Positions 27,019 through 37,000 of a stretch of DNA of 64,000 nucleotides are shown here, in pieces. The DNA is from Mizuhopecten yessoensis. Taxonomy: Eukaryota. The position numbers and the translations under genes were made by a program. The notes beneath the pieces are model-generated. The model was not told where the DNA came from. It did not search any database and saw nothing but the letters and a program-made list of their open reading frames with translations. Every line of letters begins with the position of its first letter. The stretch's first letter is position 1. The stretch is from the NCBI RefSeq assembly GCF_002113885.1, contig NW_018408770.1, forward strand, positions 714,458 to 778,457. The letters are read 5' to 3'.

Positions 27019-27403
27019 ATTTGAAAATTTAAGTACTTGGAAACGATTTCAAGTTCAAATAAACAACAGTAGAACTACACAAATTATGAACAACACCAAC
27101 CCCCTGCACAATGTTCCCCGATGTCAGGGACGCCTCACGTCAGCAACCAGGCAAGGGGAGATAATAAACAATATTGTCAATTATAATATAATACCACAAA
27201 AATACCTTCCTTAAAACTTAATACAAAATAGAAAAATAGAAAACTAATAAAGCATAAACCCCTGAAGAGGAAAGAATGTTTTGAAACGACAAATTAATAA
27301 TGTATATCAAAATAATTACTGGATGCTCCCTATCGTAAATCATCCACTCCACTAGGGGGCGCACTCATTCACTACTTCCTGTTTATATTTTTTGCGACCG
27401 ACG
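27019..27403. promoter_or_regulatory. Bidirectional promoter region between SPATA6 and FAM32A, with a CTCF-like motif and an ETS-like motif
   Basis: The divergent ATGs are separated by 385 bp. CCACTAGGGGGCGCAC lies at 27349-27364 and ACTTCCTG at 27374-27381. Confidence 0.7.
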
Positions 27404-30400
27404 ATGTCTGAGTACGATTCGGTATCTAGAAGTTCTCTGAACCTAAAAGGCGTATCGGATAAGAAAATTAATAAGTGAGGTTTAGTTATTTATTAATTTT
27501 ATGACTTAGTATTTAGGCGGACCGTTGTGCGACTCCAGGCATAGGGGACAGCAGTAAACAATCTGTAATCATTCCCTTCACAGATGTTTTATTTTGATAG
27601 AACAATACCAAATGAAATTTATCAATTTTTTTAGAGTGTCTAGATTTATATGTTTTATGTGTGACTTGGATTTGGTTGTTAACCATATTCATGATAACAG
27701 GCAATTTGCATACACACTCACTGACCAGAGGTAACCCATTTAACAATGTAGACCATAATGGACTAATCCAGATCAATGTATGGTAAAGTCTACTTAAGTT
27801 ACCTAGGGTTGAAAGGGTTAACATTAACAGTATTGTATATATCAGTGTGTCAAATCTGGGTTGTTTCGTCCTAAATCCTGTTTGCACTACATGTCGCTTC
27901 GCCCTAAATCCAGTTTGCCCAATAATGTTTCGCCCTCTATTGTAAATAAACATTTTCGAGTTATGACTTGGATATCATTCAAAATGTAACTTTAAAACCC
28001 TTACGTAACAATATAGTGTTGACAGAATCTATTTCAGATGGATTTTACGTGCAGATGATCTGATATGGTCGACCTCCTAGCTGCAATAATGTAGCAATGA
28101 CGACACATTTTTTTTATATGTTAGTACTATGGTCGACCATGTACGAATCATAAGAGTGTAATGACAAAAATGACTAAGAAAAATTTAGGAAAATTCAAAG
28201 GAGGCTGCAATTTTAGCCATACACAACTAAACTGGCTTGAAAAGTTTAACCATATAACTATTTAAGGGCGAAACAACCTAGTGCATAATGACACGGGGCA
28301 AACAGGATTGTGTGTCCAGCACCTGTGTTTAATTTGCATACTGTAATATATCAAACCACATCAACAGTAGTGTTATGTGACTAGTTCCTGAGACAGAAAT
28401 TACCAATAAATAGTAGAGTTATGAGTACACAACTAAAAAGTTGTTTACATGTCCAAAATAACATAGTCAGATATACCAGCTGACCATACATATTAAACAG
28501 TGACATGCCAAAGGTCTTTCCTGTAACATCATTTCATCATTGGATTCTGTGTTAATTAATTTTCTTTCAAAATGGTTTTTGTCACTTTGTTGGACATGTG
28601 CACCCAATTAGTATTATATGATGCCTGTCCATTAGATTTCGTAGACCATACTGTAAATTTTGTGATTTTCCTTTGGTATACCAATACATAATGGAAATGT
28701 ATTGGAGAAAAAACATGATTAAAAATTATATTTCAATTACCAGGTAATTTAAATAGATTTTATTTTACATGCGATACATGTAGTTTTGTTCACAGTAATA
28801 TTTTGCTATCAATAATTTCTAGGAAAAAGAAAAAGAAGGACAAAGAAAGGGAAGCTATGAAAATGTATGAACAGGTCTCTAACACAAAGTCTTCAGAGGA
28901 AGATGGAAAGAAGACAAAGCCGGTAGATAAACGGACAAAAGCAGAAAAAGCATTTGATGGAGCAAGAGAAAAAAGGGTAAATTTGCCTACCTTTATATTT
29001 TTATTTACAGTTTTAGATAACTGAAGTTTACTTATCACAAACAGATATGGTGTCCCAAATCTCTGCGGTTAAAATGGATGTTTCCATTGGGATCAGTCAA
29101 ACAGCTCAGCATTACCTGACTGCTTTACTGAAGACTTGACCAAATGTGTAAAATCCTAAATATTGTCATAAATGAGTCGTCTGCATGCAAAGCACCCTGT
29201 AAAAGATGAAGGAGAGCAGCCTGTGAATTATGATGTATGTCATCAATCCCTTTGTTTTACAATTTTGTAAGTTTATTTTGGTATAGTTATTTCTGTTCAT
29301 TGTTTACTACCTTCCTTTGCCTTTCATAATATAACCTACTAACAAAATTATGTTGGTGAATTTTATGATATATATTAATTTTAAAAAATGGTAAAATAAT
29401 TTTCATTCTTATTTTAGGAAGCAGAGCTCATCATAGATAAAGCCAGTAAAACTCACAAGGAACGTATCATGGTAAGTTTGACACACACAGGTGTGTATAG
29501 TTGTGTATCTAAACATTCAACCAGCACTTTCTTGAATTCTAACAACACCACTATATAACACAATATACCTTTTTTTCACTCACAGTATTCAAGTAAAGTA
29601 TATTGTTGTTAAAAAATCTAAGTTTTGAACACAAAAAATTCCAGCAATGTCAGAAATTGGTTTAACAACATTTTAGAAAAATAAATGGCGATGATAATAT
29701 CAAGTGATGACCTCATTACTGAAAATTTATAAAGGCAATGTCTGTTGTTCAAACAATTAATCTTTTATCAATAAAATTTGCTGAAAGACACACAGAAAAA
29801 TTAATCAACAAAACCATATATGATGGATGGAATGAGCAATACTTTCTGAATGAGGTAATTACACTATTATGTAACACTTCACATTATCTAATAATATAAA
29901 ACATGACAAACATGCATATCATCTGTTAAAATAACATTTTTAGGTCACCTGAGCTTTAGCTCAAGTGACCTATTGCTATCCGTTTTCGTCCGTCGTCGTC
30001 CGTCGTCCGTTAACATTTTACATTTCAAACTTAAAGTCAAGTTCTGCTGGGCCGATTGAACTGAAAGTTGGTAGGAATGATCGTCTCATGGTCCTGACAA
30101 AGTGTTGTTATTTTTCGGGTCGATCAGAAATCCAATATGGCCGCCACAGCCACCATTTTGAAAACCTATTTCAAACTTAAAGTCAAGTTCTGCTGGACCG
30201 ATTGAACTGAAAGTTGGTAGGAATGATCGCCTCATGGTCCTGACAAAGTGTTGTTATTTTTTGGGTCGATCAGAAATCCAATATGGCCACCACGGCCGCC
30301 ATTTTGAAAACCTATTTCAAACTTAAAGTCAAGTTCTGCTGGACCGATTGAACTTAAAGTTTGTAGGAATGATCGACTCATGGTCCTGACAAAGTGTTGT

Positions 30401-31097
30401 TATTTTTCAGGTCAATCATAAATCCAATATGGCCGCCACGGCCACCATTTTGAAAACATATTTCAAACTTAAAGTCAAGTTCTGCTAGGCCGATTGAACT
30501 GAAACTTTGTAGGAATGATTGACTCATGGTCCTGACAAAGTGTTGTTATTTTTCGGGTCGATCAGAAATCCAATATGGCCACCACGGCTGCCATTTTGGT
30601 AAACTATTTCAAACTTAAAGTAAAGATCTACTTGGCCGATTGAACTGAAACTTTGTAGGAATGATCGAATCATGGTCCTGACAAAGTGTTGTTATTTTTC
30701 GGGTCAATCAGAAATACAATTTGGCTGCCATGGCTGCTATTTTGCTACTAAGTTCTAATAGGCCGATCTCACTTAAAATTGGTCTAGGAATGATCAGCTC
30801 ATGGTCCTGACAAAGTTAAGTTAACATTATACTATTTTTTACTCAAATTGGTACATATTTCAACAACAAAAATAAATACTATAGACTCAGGTGACCGTTA
30901 AGGCCCATGAGCCTCTTGTTTTTTATAGTGCTATGAATATTTCTGTGTTTCTATTAGTGCTAAATCTTATGTGTAGTCTAGATATGATGTAGACGGCAAT
31001 CATTAAACTGTTCTTGTCTGTTTTCCAGTTATTCAACAGTCATTTGGATGCAATGACGGAACATTTTGATATTCCTAAAGTGAGTTGGACCAAGTGA
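27404..31097 (+). CDS. FAM32A: Protein FAM32A (spliceosome exon-ligation factor), 4 exons, 115 aa
   Basis: Exons 27404-27474, 28823-28976, 29418-29471 and 31029-31097(TGA). Translation MSEYDSVSRSSLNLKGV...KKKKKKDK...DKRTKAEKAF...KASKTHKERIM LFNSHLDAMTEHFDIPKVSWTK*, which has the diagnostic FAM32A C-terminus. Confidence 0.95.
27731..27821 (-). mobile_element. 91-bp TTAA-flanked miniature element (piggyBac-like ends), copy 1
   Basis: GTAA|CCC...GGG|TTAA. It is the reverse complement of 50516-50606; both copies give the spurious peptide SRLYHTxIWxSPLWST in the ORF track. Confidence 0.7.
27846..28323. mobile_element. Degenerate MITE-like element with inverted subterminal repeats
   Basis: Left GGTTGTTTCGTCCT...AATCCTGTTTGC versus right AGGGCGAAACAACC...GCAAACAGGATT. 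Confidence 0.45.
29937..30920 (+). mobile_element. Helentron-associated non-autonomous element (HINE-like) with ~5.5 x 146-bp internal repeats, in FAM32A intron 3
   Basis: 5' hairpin TAGGTCACCTGAGC-TTTA-GCTCAAGTGACCTA and a (CGTC)n tract. Units start at 30023, 30169, 30315, 30461 and 30607. The 3' end has the sub-TIR CTCAGGTGACC and the hairpin AGGCCCATGAGCCT followed by CTTGTT. Both flanks are T-runs. Confidence 0.85.
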
Positions 31098-32817
31098 CCT
31101 GTGTTTGGACCCAAAATCATTGTGACATGTACAGTTGTGGACCAGCATACACCTGAGACTGTATACCAATGGAACTGCATACATATGGATTCTGTACCAA
31201 TAATGTTTACATTATCATGTTGTGCTAGTGAAATTAAGACATATTATCACCTGGCTGTTGAAATTGTGTATAGGTCACATGCAGACCATGCTGTCATGAG
31301 GCTTGTAGGTGACAGAAAAACTATGGCAGATGATGAATAGGCAAACCATATGACAGGTGACATCTTACCAGTGACAAAGTGAAAAAATGTTTTCCATAAA
31401 TATTTTGAAATGTCATTTTTCTGATGAAACTTGTGAATTGACAGTAAAACTTACAGGATGATTTTTCACAAGATGAATTGACTTTTATATATAATTTTAG
31501 TAAAACAGAAAATGTCAAAGTGTTTTATTTCAATAAATGTGTTCTTTCCTAAACTTGGATTATCTAAGAAATACAAAAGATTTGATTATTGGGCTTCTCT
31601 CCATACTACATGTTTATTCATGGAAGGTAGTTATATTTTAAACAGTTCTCTTAAAGTTCTGTTCAATGTATCAATACATGTACATGGAAATATCAAAATT
31701 ATGAAATAAATGTTTTAATATGAGAGTAAATTTTGTACATTGTGCTATTTTCTTTGCTAGATATGGATCTTGAAAATGATGGCATCTTGCACTGTTTATC
31801 AATCTGAAGCTTTCTTATGTTTGTACTTCTGTTTGTTAACGTGAGAAAGTTAATGTATTAAAAATTATTGAAATGTAATTAATTAGAAAATAGCCTGTTA
31901 CAGTGCAGCCTGATGGTATATGTTACCAATCCTGATACAATGTGATGGCTTACACTACGTGTTGATTCATAGGGTGATGCTATAATTTACGTTATCAACC
32001 AAGGAAACCCTTTAGATATGTTAGAAAGCATACTTAGACATTTTTAAAATGCAGAATTTGTCAGTGATGTGTTACCTCAAACATTCTAATACAACTGATG
32101 ATTGCAATACACGTAACCTATTTGTGTGAACAGGAGGCAAATGAGTCAATTACAGAGAATCGTTGTGAAGTACCTTCAATAAATTATATTATCTATTTCA
32201 CTGGATCGCAAGCAGCTGTTTATATACAACAATGTATATTAGAGCTGGCCCCACCAAAATAGTGTTTCTTTTTACCACAATAGAAAAAAATCAGAGCTGG
32301 CCCCACCAAAATAGTGTTTCTATTTACCACAATTGATTTGTATGTCCGTTCGTCCATGCAACAACTGGTTAGACTCCTGCATTTAGTTCTATTACTCAAA
32401 TAAAAGTCCAGCTGTCATCCACTTAAAATGTAGAAACATCTTTAGAGGCTAAGGAAGACAATTTATATAACAAATTTGTAAACAGATAAAAGGATGCATT
32501 CACTTTCACTGTCGGAGCAATAAAGAGCAAATGTAGTTTTATAGCACTTCATTACACATCATTTGATATCTTTTTTTCCGCAAGAATGCATCAGAAGTAT
32601 GACATTTTGCTCCTGATTTGAAAAAGACATTCTCTGAAATTGAATTTGAAAGTGCTATTGTTAAAAGGTTTATATTTTACAAATACAGCAATCTTTTTAG
32701 TGACTGGTTACCTGTATTTCCATTTCAACAATAACACCTTTTGGACATACATTTTATATATTATGCTCTACTATGCAGTGATCTTATCAACTGAATAATG
32801 GAATTTTCAAGTTCTAG

Positions 32818-33722
32818 ATATGTCACCTGGCCTGAAGTTTATGCCAATGGTGCAGTGTCTGTCATCTGTCTTTCAACTCTTTTAAGTCACTGCTAGTTCT
32901 GATTGAATCAGTGTATTTTGTCTTTGATCAGGCCAAGGGCATGATGCTAAACAATAAAGTATTAATTTGGGGCATAGAGATGGGATCAAAAAGTAGAATT
33001 ATAATTCTTGCATTCTTAAATGACCTTAGCTGTTAATAGGATTTGTTAAACTAAATAAAACCAAACCAAAATTCTATCTTTGGGGCAGAGGAGTAGTGTT
33101 TAATAGGGGATACATCTTCAAACCTACTCTTTCAGTACCATTAAATGGCCTGGAGTAGCCTATAGGCCCAAGGGAGTTCAACCTATGAGTGGGGAGCATG
33201 CCCAGCTGGGAACAGTTGAGATCCTCAGTGTGTAGTGTGTAATCATATAACTGCGTGCTTGGCATGAAGATGCTACAAGCCTTAGCTCCATAGGGGGCCT
33301 GGTCATAGCCCTGGCAATATAATCATATGCACATATAATATATTGATGATAAACTGAAAGTATTTAACGTTGACCTTTGGGACCATGGAATTCATTGCTG
33401 CATATATATCAACAAAGATCACTAAATGGGGGTCCTCTAGATCATATTTTAGCCAAATTTGCTACAAAGAAACCTTGGAATCTGGGATTCAATTGTTTCA
33501 TAGCTGTTCCCCCTGGATGCTGAGAGGCCTGCATGACCCAAAATATGGAATTATAAGCAATATTACTTTTGATAGTGATGTTTTGCAATGATTGAATACA
33601 TATCCAGTGAGTGATACATGCCCTCTAGGCCTCTTGCTTTTTATTAAAGACATATTTATGTATTCACTTGTTACAAAAAGTATTTTACATTTTTTCATAC
33701 AGGCCCTCTGGGCCTCTTGCTT
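32818..33722 (+). mobile_element. Decayed HINE-like element with a duplicated 3' hairpin
   Basis: The 5' end TCACCTGGCC...ATGGTGCAGTGTCTGTCATCTGTC resembles the head of the 52993-54728 element. The 3' hairpin GCCCTCTRGGCCTCTTG occurs at ~33620 and ~33703. Confidence 0.5.
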
Positions 33723-34019
33723 GTAAAAAAATAATTTTCTGCATCAACATACTCCAAAAGTATGTGATATGTTTTCAAATGGGTCTTTTACAACTTCACT
33801 CTTTTTGCTTTGATGTCAATTTTCCGTTCATTTCTACTTTAAAATATCGACAAAAAAAGCAAGTAATGATAATATAAAAATGGTGGTGTGCTACCTTTTA
33901 ACCTTTCGGTATCTTCTATCTGAATTCTAAAAGTACGAGGTGTTCCGATGGTGTACAACGTGCTTGTGGATGCGAAATAAACACCATCGATATCTGTCAG
34001 CTGTTCTCCGAGAATCAGT

Positions 34020-37000
34020 ATGCCTAAAAAGTAAGTATGAAGCACAGTAATAATGTAAAGACACGTTTAAATGGTTTTGTCAACAATATCAGGGGTGGTT
34101 TGCTTATGAAATGTTGTAGGAGCATATTCTTCGTTGTCCAGCCGCCGGAGTGTCCGCTTGTTTTCATCTTTTCATTGGGGACACTAGGGTCTACTGAAGC
34201 GGGCCGACTTAACTCATGACTTAAACTGTCTTACCCTTTCATTTTCCGTACCGTGACTTTGGATTGGTGGGTCGTTGATAACGAAAGCATACCCGGTGCT
34301 CATTTGTCCCAATTCTCAGTGAAATACCTCAATCTATCAAAACGATAACCAGAGTGCAAGACCGGTTACTGGTGGATCAGCATTCAGTATAAGTTTAAGT
34401 GCACCATTTCCCTCATTAGCGGGTGGGATCTAAGGTGGATGCTAGAAGTAGGTAATCAATGACTTTATGAAATTAAAGCCTGGTTAACTCAATCTATATA
34501 TCAATGCCCAGTTCCACTTACGTGGCTTAGTATGTTAGTTTGTGTGGTCCATGTGATTTTTTCTTCCTGTTTAATATTGGATTAAAACATAATTTCAGAG
34601 GTAAAGGGAGGGTGCAGGTGGTAGAACCTGTGTATGGATCTGATGACGAGCGCCGCTATGAAAAGGATCCTGAGCCAGACCAAGATGATGATGACTACTT
34701 CTACGATGATGTTGACAAATTCCATATGCAAAAAGAAAAGGTAAAAAGGGATAAGTTAATTAACATGTTATGATAACACATTACCTGGTTGTTTCTTTAC
34801 ATCTGATTCATATGCAGTGAAGCATTTTACCTCATTATTGAGGATAGACCAAGTCACCATGTGATAGAGTCTGCTGTAATTTAAAATTGACAGTCTGAAT
34901 GACAAAATATGAGGAATTGCTTGTCAAATTTGATAGGTAAACGTCTAGATTGGATTATTTTTGTGTGGGTTTGATTGAGTGACAAGTGCTAGTATAGACC
35001 ACAATGTATTTTAATACTTAGGTAATTATACCAGTAATTTATTGATAGGTTTTGAAGTTTTACTTGAAACATTGTCTTTTAAAAAAACTAGCCATTTTTC
35101 ATCATCATTTGACATATTCCAACCCCATACCCACTAACTGGTGTTAAAATGTGTGCTGTTGATTTTCAGATGTTACTGGACCAAGGAGTGCAGGATGATG
35201 AAAACATGGACTCGGAGAGCGAGGTATTAAAAATAGATAACTTTTGACAGAGGACTGTCCTACTTGTTCTCATCTTCATGATCAGTTGCCCTGGTGATCA
35301 ACGGATAACATATCCATTTGTGCCATACAATAAATATAATACTGGGCATGCTGTCTAAACCGAACACCCCTGTGGCCACAAATAATTTGGCCAATTTGCG
35401 GAGAGTTCAAGATTGTAGAGAACCTACATGGTATACATTATCATTGTCTGAAATTTATTGGGCTAGTTTAATAAAAAAAAAAATCTGGCTTAGTTTAGAG
35501 AGAGAGTGTACTGTAGTCTACATTTAGACAATCCATTACATGGTAGATATGCAGCAGTCATTGACATTTCACAGTCAAAAATGTTTATTATAGTCCTTGC
35601 ATCTTTTTTGCAGTGGTATTGTAGTGAACTGTATGAATCTAATATTGTATGGAGGAGTTACACATGGTGTTGTAAGCAATAAATACACATTTTCTTGTTC
35701 CAATGTAATAGAACGAGGGTCTGTGGCATGTTAATTTAAAGAACAGTTACATATACTCCCTTGTGCCTATATAACCTAGCAAAGATATTTAATGTTATCA
35801 TTTGTGGAAGAGTTACAAGCTTCTAAGTCCTTGTGCTATAGGATGATTTTCCTTGGTGTTATAATTTACGGAATTACGGCAGAGTTCAATGTCCTTGTGC
35901 AATGGGCTACGGTTTTGTGATGTAGTGATTTTGGGAACAGTTAGATGTCTAGGTCCCTGTGTTTTGGGATTAAGTTCCGCAGATTAAAAGTTAGGGAATA
36001 ATTACTGATTTCTAAGTCCCTGTGTTATAGGGTGAGGTTCTCGGTGTTGGTGGTGACAGCGATGATGACCTCTTGAGTGATGATGACCTCAAAGCCTACA
36101 AGAAACAGTTGCGGAGGATAAAACTGAACCGTAAGAAGAGTGACATGGGCAGTGACCTGGAAGACCAGGATGAGGAAGGTAACTACAGGTCCATCAGTTT
36201 GTGGTGTGGATCATCATATACATGATACAGTATCTATTCCAGGTGACATTCCAGCTGAAACAGTTTAAGAATTGGCTTCAAGGAGATAGCAAGTTTTTAG
36301 TTCAGGTATATTTTCTAAGATGAAGTGGAGGAAAATAGGCGTGGTCAAGCAATAGTCCAACCCCAATTTCCATAAAACTTATCAAAAACTCTCTTTATAT
36401 ATTTTGAATAATGCATGCCTTGTCTTGTGTACGTAGCAATAAGAAGGCGTCGGGTCATGAGAACCTCACTTCTCACCAGATTTGCTCTGCCATTTCTTTG
36501 AAGGTGTTACAGAAACTGCTGAGGGAATTAGTTTTGTTTTCAGACCGACACAAGGCTTATAGAGGACCGGTTAAGTCGGGGCAAAAATGAGAATATAGCC
36601 AATTTAGGTTACTTTGAAAATAGAGTAGATACAGTTGAGGTGTAATATCTAATAGTAATCAGTGTGTGCCAATGGTATTAATAGATCTTCGATATACTTT
36701 ATTTTGTTGGAAAATATTTTTTAAGGTTCATTATTCAATCATTTAAACACTTGTTTTGTTACTTACAGGGGAGCCTGATCACACGACGTACGGCAAGAAG
36801 GTGCAAGACTATTACAACGCAGATTTCAGTGACGACAATGTTGGTAAGTAACCACTTTCTGTATCTATTGTTAACATAGATGAGGATGAACATACAGATG
36901 ACCAGGTCTCATTTAATTCAAGAATCATTAGCTCAATGCCATGTTAATGGTGTATCTAAATCACTGATATTGTGATTTATCTTTTTAATTCAGTAACCAA

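Noticed and set aside
31290-31340. SECIS-like ATGA...GA stem downstream of the FAM32A TGA
   Set aside because: The upper stem is short and bulged, the apical AA is misplaced, and the TGA coincides with the conserved FAM32A C-terminus.
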